Below, piece after piece: positions 26,106 to 35,638 of a stretch of 64,000 nucleotides of DNA (positions are counted from its first letter, which is position 1; every line of letters begins with the position of its first letter). The position numbers were made by a program, and so were the translations under genes. Below the pieces are notes generated by a model. It saw nothing but the letters and a program-made list of their open reading frames with translations, was not told the origin of the DNA and searched no databases. Source of the stretch: Planctomycetales bacterium (lineage in GTDB: Bacteria; 4484-113); NCBI GenBank assembly GCA_030606285.1, contig JAUWGS010000004.1, positions 9,713-73,712 of the forward strand, read 5' to 3'.

Positions 26106-27632
26106 ATGAAGCGACTGAGACAGGTTTGCTCGCTGAGCTTAGCAGTTATACTCGCCATTATCGTTTCTGCCTCCACTCAATCATCACAGCCACATTCAGC
26201 CTCCAATACAAGCACCACCGTTCCTGTTGAAAATGCTGCTGACTACTCAGAGCTGGAGCTTCCGGTAGAGTGGGAGATTCCGTTGTGCGAAATACTCGGC
26301 GGAGACTACTACGCCTGGGATATTACTCCCGACGGAAGATTCGTTGCCGGTATGACAAACAAGGTTGTTTCTCCCGGGAGAACCCACGCCTTTCTCTTCC
26401 GATACGACCGGGAAACGGGAGACCTGCGCGAGTTCGATCTTACGCGCTTTAACAAGTGGTTAAGACCCGGGCGTACAACTGACCGGTGGAATAGCCAGCC
26501 TACAAGCCGCCTCTACCACTGGTATTTCGACGGTTGGATAACGCTGCTCAGGCCGGACGGACGCCAACTGCTTCTTGGCGGCGCAAGCGGTTATCGCTAT
26601 GTGTGGGCGTTCGACCTTGAGAAGATACGCCCGCAATGGTATCAGAAGCTGGGTGGCATCTCCAGTTGCGCGTTGTGGATTCCTGAAAAGCGCTGGTGGC
26701 TGCACGGGGACACCAATGGGGATTTGCGCGTTTTCACCGAGGAGGGACGGCTGTTATATGCCAAGCGCCTATCGTATGTCACTACTGCGATTGCCAGGGG
26801 CTTCGACAGTGACACTGTATTCGTATTCGGCCATGAATCTTACGTTCGCGAACTCAATTTGCGCGATTTCGCTGTATCAGAGCATCCATCTCCATACCCG
26901 ACGGGCATCCCCGGTGGATTCGCCATCGCGCCAAGCGGGCACTTCGCTTCAACGGGATCGCGCAGGCAAACCTATCCTCCGTATCCCTACATTTTCTATC
27001 GCAGGGGCGAATCCGGACAGGACTGGCGGATTACTCTGTTTCCCGCTGACGCAGGGAGTGTGTTCGCCTTTCCAGGCGGATTCGCGTTTTGCGGCATCTG
27101 GCTCAGTGGCGCGCCGGTGAAAGGGCTGAGCAGCAGCGACGATGTTGACCGATGGATTTGTGAATGCGGAGACGATTACTATTTGAAAGAGCCTATATCC
27201 CGCTACTACAACGAAGTTCCGATTCGGCCAACCGAGGGAGTTATTGCGCGAGACTATGAAGGAAACGTATTGTGGGAGCTAATCGACCCCAATCCAGACG
27301 ACGATAACTTCTGGGCGTTCGAAAGCCTGGCGAATCCGGGCTCCCAACTCATAGGCAGGACCTATCTGATCTGGCGCCAAAAGCAGCGACGGGAGGATGC
27401 TGATGGGTATGAAGACTGGTTGTTAGACCGGTTCTATGAGATGACCGGAGATAAGCCGGTTGACACGGGAGCAGAATTCGTTTGGCAATACAGTTCCAAG
27501 GAGAACGATTCGCGCACTTACTTCCATCACGCTTACATTCGGGACGGGCGCTTGCGGCTCGTGGCACGGCAGAAAGAATTGGTAGCCTACCGGATGCCGG
27601 AGGAGCTATTTGCCGACGAGAAGTCGCGCTAG
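26106..27632 (+). CDS. hypothetical secreted protein
   Basis: A signal peptide (MKRLRQVCSLSLAVILAIIVSAS), 508 aa, rich in aromatic residues. No motif recognised. Confidence 0.6.
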   Translation: MKRLRQVCSLSLAVILAIIVSASTQSSQPHSASNTSTTVPVENAADYSELELPVEWEIPLCEILGGDYYAWDITPDGRFVAGMTNKVVSPGRTHAFLFRYDRETGDLREFDLTRFNKWLRPGRTTDRWNSQPTSRLYHWYFDGWITLLRPDGRQLLLGGASGYRYVWAFDLEKIRPQWYQKLGGISSCALWIPEKRWWLHGDTNGDLRVFTEEGRLLYAKRLSYVTTAIARGFDSDTVFVFGHESYVRELNLRDFAVSEHPSPYPTGIPGGFAIAPSGHFASTGSRRQTYPPYPYIFYRRGESGQDWRITLFPADAGSVFAFPGGFAFCGIWLSGAPVKGLSSSDDVDRWICECGDDYYLKEPISRYYNEVPIRPTEGVIARDYEGNVLWELIDPNPDDDNFWAFESLANPGSQLIGRTYLIWRQKQRREDADGYEDWLLDRFYEMTGDKPVDTGAEFVWQYSSKENDSRTYFHHAYIRDGRLRLVARQKELVAYRMPEELFADEKSR

Positions 27633-27635
27633 CCT

Positions 27636-28313
27636 CTAAATCCCCCAGCCGTCGAGGTGGGCGATGCCGCAAAGGCACCATTCGCGCTCCGGGCGTTCTG
27701 CTTTCGTATTGAAGATGAGGAACCAGAACTGGTTGTCGTGGGGTATCTGGGGGTCGCGGTCTTCACCGGCGTAGAAGTACTGCACGAAGTGGTAGCTGTC
27801 CTGCCAGTAGAAGGTCATGTTCGCTAGCGGGTAGGTGAAAGCGTCGAGCTCGTGGCCATCGTTTTCCTGCATGATTTCAGATAGGGAAATCTTATCTATG
27901 AGATTAGGGAATCGGCGTAGCCCGTCGGCGTCGGACGGCTCAAGTACATCATGTATCTGCCAACGTCCTTCCCAGATAATCTCAGGCGTGCGTCCGTAAA
28001 CAGGATTGCCTGAGCCGTCGGCATTACCGATGAAATAGAGCCATTTGTTCCGCATCATGCTGGGTATCTGTTCCCAGCCATAGTGGATTGAGAGGCCGAA
28101 GCCGGCCTCAATCATCAAGCCTGCATACGGGTCGCACAGGTTTTGCAGCGCCACGAGGTCTTTTTCAATTATCGCCTGTTCGACCTGCTCTGTGAGCGCG
28201 AGTATCTCCGCTCTGTCCTCGTTGCTGAGAGTTCCCAGAGCGCTCGCGGGTGCGGCCACGAACGAGGCTGCAATGGTGAGCAGCGCGATGACACTGATAG
28301 TTCTTTTTCTCAT
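27636..28313 (-). CDS. hypothetical secreted protein
   Basis: A signal peptide (MRKRTISVIALLTIAASFVAAPASA). Convergent with the preceding gene. Confidence 0.6.
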   Translation of the reverse strand: MRKRTISVIALLTIAASFVAAPASALGTLSNEDRAEILALTEQVEQAIIEKDLVALQNLCDPYAGLMIEAGFGLSIHYGWEQIPSMMRNKWLYFIGNADGSGNPVYGRTPEIIWEGRWQIHDVLEPSDADGLRRFPNLIDKISLSEIMQENDGHELDAFTYPLANMTFYWQDSYHFVQYFYAGEDRDPQIPHDNQFWFLIFNTKAERPEREWCLCGIAHLDGWGI

Positions 28314-28360
28314 ACTGGCCCCGCGACCATTCTAGCGCACCGTGATAATATGTTTGCCCG

Positions 28361-29242
28361 ATGAGCGACACAGGTGTGCAGACTACGCGCGGCGTTCGCT
28401 GGCTGCGGGTTTTATTCTGGGTGCTGGCGGTGATAATCACGCTGGCCTTAGTTGTATATCAGCGGGTCACCGGCCCAACTTACCCGCTGAAAGGCGAAAT
28501 CTTCGTTGCGGGACAGACGGTGCGCTACAAACTCCCGCGCAGCGCCGTGACCACAGAAGACGCGCGGATCTTCGTTTCGGTGCCCGGGACGGTGAGCGGT
28601 AAGGTCATCTGGAAGCGCTACAAGACTGATGACGCGCTGACCGAAACGCCAATGGTGCGCGAGGGTGACCGGCTCACGGCGTTCCTTCCGTCACAACCCC
28701 TCGCAGGCAAGCTACAGTACCACCTGGTGCTGAATGATGGTCAGCGGGAAGTGAAGTTGCCCGAGGGCGGCGAGACGGTCATCCGCTTTCGGGGGCCGGT
28801 TCCCGCCTGGGCGATGATTCCCCACATTCTATTTATGTTCGTTGCCATGCTTGTTGCCACACGTACCGGACTGGAAGCCATCTGGCAGACGGGCCAGCTT
28901 CGCTGCCACGCCTGGTGGACGGTGGGTTTCCTGCTCGTCGGCGGGTTCGTGTTCGGCCCGCTCGTGGAGTGGTATGCATTCGGCATGCCCTGGAGCGGGA
29001 TACCGTTGGGATGGGACCTCACAGATAACAAGACGCTGATTGCGCTGGTGGCGTACGTAATCGCGTTGATAATCCTCGGTATGCGCCGGCCCATACGCGC
29101 CCGCGAGCGCTGGGCGGTGTTTATAGCGACAATCGTTATGCTGGGCATCTTTATGATCCCCCACAGCATGTACGGTTCGGAACTTGATTACTCCAAGCTG
29201 GAATCGGGCGTGAGCGTCACCGAAGCTATCGGCCAGGGCTAG
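28361..29242 (+). CDS. hypothetical integral membrane protein
   Basis: An N-terminal TM helix, a soluble beta-rich segment, then about 5 TM helices. Confidence 0.6.
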   Translation: MSDTGVQTTRGVRWLRVLFWVLAVIITLALVVYQRVTGPTYPLKGEIFVAGQTVRYKLPRSAVTTEDARIFVSVPGTVSGKVIWKRYKTDDALTETPMVREGDRLTAFLPSQPLAGKLQYHLVLNDGQREVKLPEGGETVIRFRGPVPAWAMIPHILFMFVAMLVATRTGLEAIWQTGQLRCHAWWTVGFLLVGGFVFGPLVEWYAFGMPWSGIPLGWDLTDNKTLIALVAYVIALIILGMRRPIRARERWAVFIATIVMLGIFMIPHSMYGSELDYSKLESGVSVTEAIGQG

Positions 29243-29302
29243 CAAGGCAGGCTCAGTCGGGCTAAGATAGTTGCGTCTCGAAGAAACGCCAGGGGGAAAC
29301 CT

Positions 29303-31693
29303 ATGAGAACTCTCGTCGTCACTGCAGTGGCATTGATCTCCGCACTATCGTTTGCAGCTTCAGCCGCCGAGCACGTGTACCTGGGAATGCGGATGACGGT
29401 GGTAGCGGAGCCGCCGGGCATTCAGCTGGACGTGGTGCAGGATTCGCCAGCGGAACGCGGCGGACTGCGCACCGGCGACATCATCATTGCCATTGAAGGC
29501 GAGAAGCTAGAGGGCGACACAGCTACATTCCTTGAGCTTCTTGAAGAGGTGCTACAGGGAAAGCGGGTGGGTGATCCGCTGGTGCTAGAGGTGTATCGTG
29601 CAGGCCCGCAGGTTGACATATCGGTGGATGGCGCGCCGTACGTCAGCGAAGACCCGCTGCGTGAAATAGTGCAGCTCGTTGAGGATGCGGAGCCGGGGCA
29701 GAGCGTGACGCTTCAGTCGGTGAACGAGCCGATGACGCTGAGTCTGACCATAATTCTCGGCGCGCGACCGGAAGCGGGCGCAGGAGTCCTGCCGCCGAAC
29801 GACTTGCTCTTCCGCAACTTCGCGGATACGAACCCACAAGTGCGCACGCTGATGGACACGATGATTGACGCGCTTGGCGTCCGTGCGGACTGCAATGATC
29901 TATGGCTGCGATTGTACAACCGTGCCACGCCCGACGATGGATACCGGCTCAAGCGCGTCACGTATCTGCTTCGCGACGGGCTGAAGACCGAGGCGATGGC
30001 ACGGGACATCTCGGGGCGCGTTCTTAGCAGCGCTTCGCGTGGGGTTGACGGGTGCTCCGGCCTGGTGGATTGCGCGCGCGAACTGCTCGACCTGCCGGTG
30101 ACGAAAGGTGTCTATGAGCCGTTGGGCACAGGCATATCTGCGGAAGCGCATCTCGACCAGCTCTACGAGGTGCTCGACCAGGCTGCGACACACGTGCACG
30201 CCGCGTTCGCCGATTTCAGCGACGAGGAGAAGGCCTTTCTCGCTTCACAGCGCGAAGAACTCACGGACGTGTATTGCTGGATGACCTATATCCACGAGGA
30301 CGACAACCGCTCGCGTATGCGCGGCAATCTCAGGCTCGTGGATATGGCGAAGCGCATTGACTACCGCCATCTCGTTCTGGCGCAGGCGCAACTTGCGCGC
30401 ATCGCCGATGCGAATTACCTTGTTGCGCTGCGAAAGGACCTGACGAAGGAGTTCGCCGACCGCCTGGATGAAGACAACCTGCTGGTTCGTGACACGCCGC
30501 TGGGCAAGCTCATCATCTCCGGCGCGGGACATACCTGGCGGCAGCGCGAATTTGCTGCGCTGGTCATAGACCTTGGCGGTGACGATTTCTACACCACCAA
30601 CGCCGGTTCAGGCATCTCGCTTCAGAATCCCGTCGGCGTGCTCATCGAATTCGGCGGGAACGACGCTTACGAGTCCACGCTGCGCTATTCGCAGGGCTCG
30701 GGCTCGATGGGCGCGGGGCTGCTGATTGACTTTGCCGGCGACGACGAGTACATCGGCCTGCAATGGTGCCAGGGAACGGGCTTTATGGGAACGGGCGTGC
30801 TCATCGACCTGCTGGGCGACGACGTGTACCGGGGCGAAGAACTGATGCAGGGCGCGGGCGTGTTCGGCTTTGGCATTAAGCTGGATCTTACCGGCGACGA
30901 CCGCACCGAAGCGCAGTGCAAGTCGCAGGGCTTCGGCGGGGCGCGCGCGGTGGGCTTGCACATCGATCTCGCCGGTGACGATTACTGCTACGCGAAGGGC
31001 AAGTACCCGACGAACTACGGCGACCCCGGCATCTTCGACAGCTGGTCGCAGGGCTGTGCGCAGGGATTTCGCAGCTACGCCTCCGGCGGCATCGCGGCGA
31101 TGCTGGATCTGGCTGGCCGTGACTACTACGAGGCGGGTAACTTCTCGCAGGGCGGCGGGTATTACTTTGGATTCGGTTTCATGCAGGACGCAAGCGGCGA
31201 CGACCACTATGTCGGTTCGCGCTATAACCAGGGCTTCTGCGCGCATCAGGCTGTCGGCTGCTTTTTGGAAGATGCAGGCGACGACTGGTACCAGACACGC
31301 CAGGCGGTAGCACAGGGACTGGCGTGGGACGAGTGCGTGACGATGTTTGTGGAAGCGGAGGGCGATGACATCTATGAGGGTGGCACCGGTTTCTCGCAGG
31401 GGGCATCGGCGCACAACGCGCTCTGCGTCTTCTGGGACCAGGAAGGGCGCGACAGCTATGTCTACTCTCCGGGTCAGGCGCGCGCTGGTGGCAACAACTA
31501 TCACGGTGGCACGTCGCTATCGCTGTTCATTGACGAGGGTGGGGCGGAGGACTTCTATACTTCGGAACGCGGCGCGAACAATCTGATCACCGGCTGGCCC
31601 GAACACGGCATCTTTTGCGACCTGCCGGGGAGCATCGAGGACGCGCTCCGGGACACCCGCTGGAGGACGCTGGTTGTTGCTGGCGATGAGTAG
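29303..31693 (+). CDS. secreted PDZ-domain protein with a C-terminal ~12-repeat GDD.Y beta-helix-like region
   Basis: Signal peptide and a PDZ motif (VVQDSPAERGGLRTGDIIIAIEGEKL). About 12 repeats of 26-27 aa of the type LIDL.GDD.Y......QG.G..G (about 30560-31600). Confidence 0.75.
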   Translation: MRTLVVTAVALISALSFAASAAEHVYLGMRMTVVAEPPGIQLDVVQDSPAERGGLRTGDIIIAIEGEKLEGDTATFLELLEEVLQGKRVGDPLVLEVYRAGPQVDISVDGAPYVSEDPLREIVQLVEDAEPGQSVTLQSVNEPMTLSLTIILGARPEAGAGVLPPNDLLFRNFADTNPQVRTLMDTMIDALGVRADCNDLWLRLYNRATPDDGYRLKRVTYLLRDGLKTEAMARDISGRVLSSASRGVDGCSGLVDCARELLDLPVTKGVYEPLGTGISAEAHLDQLYEVLDQAATHVHAAFADFSDEEKAFLASQREELTDVYCWMTYIHEDDNRSRMRGNLRLVDMAKRIDYRHLVLAQAQLARIADANYLVALRKDLTKEFADRLDEDNLLVRDTPLGKLIISGAGHTWRQREFAALVIDLGGDDFYTTNAGSGISLQNPVGVLIEFGGNDAYESTLRYSQGSGSMGAGLLIDFAGDDEYIGLQWCQGTGFMGTGVLIDLLGDDVYRGEELMQGAGVFGFGIKLDLTGDDRTEAQCKSQGFGGARAVGLHIDLAGDDYCYAKGKYPTNYGDPGIFDSWSQGCAQGFRSYASGGIAAMLDLAGRDYYEAGNFSQGGGYYFGFGFMQDASGDDHYVGSRYNQGFCAHQAVGCFLEDAGDDWYQTRQAVAQGLAWDECVTMFVEAEGDDIYEGGTGFSQGASAHNALCVFWDQEGRDSYVYSPGQARAGGNNYHGGTSLSLFIDEGGAEDFYTSERGANNLITGWPEHGIFCDLPGSIEDALRDTRWRTLVVAGDE

Positions 31694-31723
31694 CCTGCGA
31701 GGTCACGCTCCGGACTACGGTGT

Positions 31724-31729
31724 TATACT
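31724..31729 (+). promoter_or_regulatory. -10-like box TATACT 8 nt upstream of the antitoxin ATG
   Basis: Sequence match only. It implies a leaderless TA transcript. Confidence 0.3.
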
Positions 31730-31737
31730 ATGGATGT

Positions 31738-31971
31738 ATGAGAGTGGCCGACATGACGCTTGAAGAGCTGCGCAAGCTCATCGCCGAAACCGTTCGACAG
31801 GAACTGCAATTGCTTGTTGGCGACCCCGACGAAGGATTGGAGCTTTCGGACGAGATACGGGAGCGCTTGCTCGCGGTCGCTGGGGAGATTGAGAAGGGTG
31901 ACTACTATAAAACGGTGAAGGATTCCGGAGTGCAGCTTGAAGATGCGGCGCAGATGCTGGGAATCGAGTGA
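31738..31971 (+). CDS. putative type II antitoxin (partner of the RelE/ParE toxin)
   Basis: A small acidic ORF whose stop overlaps the toxin start by 4 nt (ATGA at 31968-31971). The family is not recognised, and the start (31720/31738/31753) is uncertain. Confidence 0.6.
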   Translation: MRVADMTLEELRKLIAETVRQELQLLVGDPDEGLELSDEIRERLLAVAGEIEKGDYYKTVKDSGVQLEDAAQMLGIE

Positions 31972-32243
31972 TGTCCGCGTGCAAGCTGTACTTCGTCGCT
32001 CAAGCATTAGCTGACCTTAAGGGGCTGGATAAATCTTCACAGAGGCGGGTGCTCGAGAAGCTCAGATGGCTCGCGCAGAACGCCGAGCTGACGAAGCACG
32101 AGAGGCTAAAAGGCGGTCTGGCCTGTTTCTACAAGTTGCGTATCGGGGACTACCGGGCAATCTACAGCTTCTCGTTGGAGGAACGCGTCGTGGTTGTGCA
32201 GGCCGTAGGCCACCGCACGAAGATCTACCGGCAGCTTCTGTGA
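31968..32243 (+). CDS. RelE/ParE-family type II toxin (mRNA interferase)
   Basis: LKGGLACFYKLRIGDYRAIYSFSLEERVVVVQAVGHRTKIY is the classic RelE/StbE C-terminal pattern. The ORF is 91 aa. Confidence 0.85.
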   Translation: MMSACKLYFVAQALADLKGLDKSSQRRVLEKLRWLAQNAELTKHERLKGGLACFYKLRIGDYRAIYSFSLEERVVVVQAVGHRTKIYRQLL

Positions 32244-32252
32244 CCGCAACTA

Positions 32253-33644
32253 CTACGCGCCCTTTCTTACCGGAGGAATTCCTTTTCCTTTTTCCTGACT
32301 GCCGATGCGGCATCTGACGTGCCAGATCCAGATGGCGGTCACTATAAACGCTAAAACGTCCGAGACTGGCTGTGCTGCCCAGATACCTGACAGCTTGAAG
32401 TAGCGTGAGAACAGCCACATCAGCGGGACCAGAAATACTACCTGCCGCAGTACTGAAATAATCAGGGCATCGCGCCCGCGGCCCATTCCCTGTAGCGTCG
32501 TGATCCACATGAACTGCGCACCGACGAATATCAGCGCCAGTGAATACACGCGGATACCGTAGGTGGTTGTCGCCAGCAAGTCGGGCGAACGCGAGAAGAC
32601 CGCCGCCACCGGCGTGGCGAGTGTAAGCAGCAACACTTGCGCAGTTCCCGTCACCACTGTGGCGTACAGGGTCGCTATCCTCACCCCGGCCCACATGCGC
32701 CGCAGGTTCCTCGCGCCGAAGTTGTAGCCGACAATCGGCATCAGCCCCTGTGACATCCCCACAATCGGCATCATGAACAACTGGACTATGCGAAAAAGCA
32801 AACCGTAGGCGGCGATGGCAATGGTGCCGAACGGGCGGAGGAACTGGTTGTAGAAAATGATGACGATGCTCCCGATGAGCATCATCAGGATGGAGGGGAG
32901 GCCCACCCGGTAGATGTCGTAGATGATACGCCAGCACGGGACCATTGCGCTGAGCTTGATGCGGTACGGGGAGCGCTTGCCGGAGAGGTAGAACAAGTAG
33001 AAACCCGCACCAGCGGTTTGCAGGATGATGGTCGCCAGCGCTGCGCCTCCAACGCCCATTTCCGGAAAAGGTCCCCAGCCGAATATCAGAAATGGATCGA
33101 GCACGACGTTGAGAATCGAGGTCGTTAGCGCGATGTACATCGGGGTCAGCGCGTCGCCGCTTCCGCGCACCAGGTTGTTGCTCATCATCCAGAAGTAGCG
33201 CATGGGCGCGCCGAAGGCGACGATGAAGAGGTAGATGTGCGCGAGCTTGAGGAAATCGGGCCGCGCGCCGAAGAGCCGAAGCACCGGATCAGTGAGGAAA
33301 ACGCCGACTGCGAGCGTGATTAGCCCCAGCACTGTTGCGAGAAAGTAGACCTGCCCCGCGACGAGGTTCGCGCCTTTCGCATCCTTTGCGCCGAACAGCC
33401 GTGAAACCAGCGACGATACTCCGATGCCGGAGCCCGCGCCGATGGCGACGTTTATCATCTGGTAGGGGAAGACGACCGTGAGTGCGGCAATCGCCGGGGC
33501 GCCCAGACGCGATACCCAGAAGGTGTCGACGATGTTGTAGAGCATCATCGCCAGGAACGAAATCATTCCCGGAATGCTGAGCTTGATCAGGAGCGACCCC
33601 AGCGGCTTGGTGCCGAGGTCTAGCGTGTGCTGGCGCAGTGACAT
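32253..33644 (-). CDS. MATE-family efflux transporter
   Basis: 12-TM protein starting LIKLSIPGMISFLAMMLYNIVDTFWVSRLG, with an internal duplication typical of MATE/NorM. Confidence 0.85.
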   Translation of the reverse strand: MSLRQHTLDLGTKPLGSLLIKLSIPGMISFLAMMLYNIVDTFWVSRLGAPAIAALTVVFPYQMINVAIGAGSGIGVSSLVSRLFGAKDAKGANLVAGQVYFLATVLGLITLAVGVFLTDPVLRLFGARPDFLKLAHIYLFIVAFGAPMRYFWMMSNNLVRGSGDALTPMYIALTTSILNVVLDPFLIFGWGPFPEMGVGGAALATIILQTAGAGFYLFYLSGKRSPYRIKLSAMVPCWRIIYDIYRVGLPSILMMLIGSIVIIFYNQFLRPFGTIAIAAYGLLFRIVQLFMMPIVGMSQGLMPIVGYNFGARNLRRMWAGVRIATLYATVVTGTAQVLLLTLATPVAAVFSRSPDLLATTTYGIRVYSLALIFVGAQFMWITTLQGMGRGRDALIISVLRQVVFLVPLMWLFSRYFKLSGIWAAQPVSDVLAFIVTAIWIWHVRCRIGSQEKGKGIPPVRKGA

Positions 33645-33744
33645 GGGAAGGCGCGATTATACACCTCATTGTGCGCGAGCAGCGCGGCGCGTCTGTGCGG
33701 GGCGGGGGAAGTGACCTGCCGAGCTGTTTCTTGCTTACCGCATG

Positions 33745-34188
33745 CTAGTTGCCGCTGAGACTCTCCCAGAATGTGGGCCAGCGGAACCACAGGCCGGTCA
33801 CCTTCGACTCCTCGTTCAGGACGAGAATGAGCTTGAGCTTCCCTTTTTCCATCTGGACGCGCCATTCATGGGCTCTTTCGTCCAGTCCCAGATAAGTCTC
33901 TGACTTCCAGTCGCCGTACTTGTGCTTGAGTTCGCGGACCACGTCAAGGTACGCGTCCTCGGTGAAGCCTTTGGTGAACATGATGTCGGCGAAATCGGCG
34001 CAGAACTTCTGTTTGTCCTCAGCGTTGTAGCCGGCCTTGATGCCCTCCATAACACGCACGGCGCTTTCGGGCGGAGGCTCCTTTGAAGCACGCTCGCAAG
34101 ATACGAGGAGAAGCATCGCAACAAGCGCGGCTGTATATGCAGCAACAAGCGCCGCAGTCCCCCGATGCTGTCTGGCCCTTTTCCGCAT
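33745..34188 (-). CDS. hypothetical lipoprotein
   Basis: Lipobox MLLLVSC. The start was taken at ATG 34188; the ORF track gives 34212. Confidence 0.55.
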   Translation of the reverse strand: MRKRARQHRGTAALVAAYTAALVAMLLLVSCERASKEPPPESAVRVMEGIKAGYNAEDKQKFCADFADIMFTKGFTEDAYLDVVRELKHKYGDWKSETYLGLDERAHEWRVQMEKGKLKLILVLNEESKVTGLWFRWPTFWESLSGN

Positions 34189-34289
34189 AATGAGGTCCCG
34201 AAATCTTAGCACAGGCTCTTGTCCGGCGGGGTAGGCTCTGCTAGAATTGGCGCGACCTCGCCGAGGTGGCGCAATGGAGGGCTTGTGAT

Positions 34290-35405
34290 ATGAGGAGGTT
34301 CCTTCAGAGGTTCATCCAACTCACCACTAGTGATGCTTTTGCGCAGTACGAGAAGGAGTTTGGCGGGAGAATCGTTTCTTCGCTTGCTCAAGGGTACTCT
34401 TCGGGTCTACATGAGGTGCCGCTAGTTCATATCGTCGAGAATGTCGTCAATAGCGTTAATGACTTTACGATGAGGGATAAGCGGCCCTACGTCGACTTAT
34501 CAACTAGGTCCGTTTTCATTCACGGAAACAAGGCGCAAGTTGAGTTTGATTACTACGGAGACGATGAAAGAGTAGAGTTGGGGGACCTAATATTCATTGT
34601 TTCGGTCGTTCTGGATGGTACTAAGTATTTCGAGAAGCTTACCATCAATCAGTTCAAGAGAGACAAAACCAGAGACAAAACCAGAGACAAAACCCAAACG
34701 AGTAGCACGACCTGGGATATTAGCAATAAGAAGCAGCTTTATTTGCTGTCTAGGTTTCCAGTCTTCAGAGGGGTCAAGGGCTCCATTGTCCCCCATAAGA
34801 CATACGCTTTGGTAGATTATTCAGGGTGCCTAGGGTCCTATGGATTGCTTTACCATCCAGGGGACTTCGCTCTTGTGAGCGCTACCAGACTGGATTCATT
34901 TCTGGGCCACAGGAACAAACTTAAGATGAACGAATTGCACAAGCTCACTTGGGAACAGCCCGGGAAGTGGGGATTTCGCCCTTACCCACGGGTTTTCCCA
35001 ATTGACCATCCCTTTATCGATGAGTTGATCCATCTAACCGAAGGGATATATCCTCCCTATGGAATCGACTGGTATCTGTACGATGTGATCTGGGGTAATT
35101 GCCATCACGCACACAATGTTTTTGACTTCTCACACAAGTACCTAAGACTGTGTATTGGTGAGCCAGTATTTATGAAAGTGGGATTGGATAACCCGCAAGC
35201 CCTAGTATTTCTCCACGAGTTGCTGTCGGCTCTAAGAGCCAAGGCAGAAAGGGATAAGTCTCCAGAGTTACGAGCTTTCTTGAAAGGATTTTTCGAATAT
35301 GACTATGCAGGGAATGAAGGAGGCGGAGCAAAACAAAACGTCGACTTTGACTTTGAGGGCGGAGGGATAGGGATAATTCATACAACGATAAACCTGGGTG
35401 AGTAA
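34290..35405 (+). CDS. orphan hypothetical protein in an AT-richer segment
   Basis: ATG 34290 with GGAGGG nine nt upstream. Composition is visibly AT-richer than the flanks. Contains an in-frame RDKT x3 repeat. No family recognised. Confidence 0.6.
   Translation: MRRFLQRFIQLTTSDAFAQYEKEFGGRIVSSLAQGYSSGLHEVPLVHIVENVVNSVNDFTMRDKRPYVDLSTRSVFIHGNKAQVEFDYYGDDERVELGDLIFIVSVVLDGTKYFEKLTINQFKRDKTRDKTRDKTQTSSTTWDISNKKQLYLLSRFPVFRGVKGSIVPHKTYALVDYSGCLGSYGLLYHPGDFALVSATRLDSFLGHRNKLKMNELHKLTWEQPGKWGFRPYPRVFPIDHPFIDELIHLTEGIYPPYGIDWYLYDVIWGNCHHAHNVFDFSHKYLRLCIGEPVFMKVGLDNPQALVFLHELLSALRAKAERDKSPELRAFLKGFFEYDYAGNEGGGAKQNVDFDFEGGGIGIIHTTINLGE
34659..34694 (+). repeat. perfect 12-bp x 3 tandem repeat (AGAGACAAAACC) inside the orphan CDS
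   Basis: Direct reading of 34659-34694. It encodes RDKTRDKTRDKT. Confidence 0.95.
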
Positions 35406-35638
35406 GGGGTGGTAACGTCATTATGAACTTCTCAAAAGTTCAACCAACATTGGTTTTGGGGATGCGGAATCCGTATCGCTTATCCTAGCACGCTCGGAGG
35501 TGCTGTTCTCTACTTGACGTGAGCGTCAAAGAAGTCAGTTATGCGCTGCGAAAGTTCCTGCTAGTCGAGACCTGTGCTGTGCTCGCGGTCATCTGGGGTA
35601 TAATGCGGATGCCCTGCTAGGAGGGAGGTACGCAAGTT

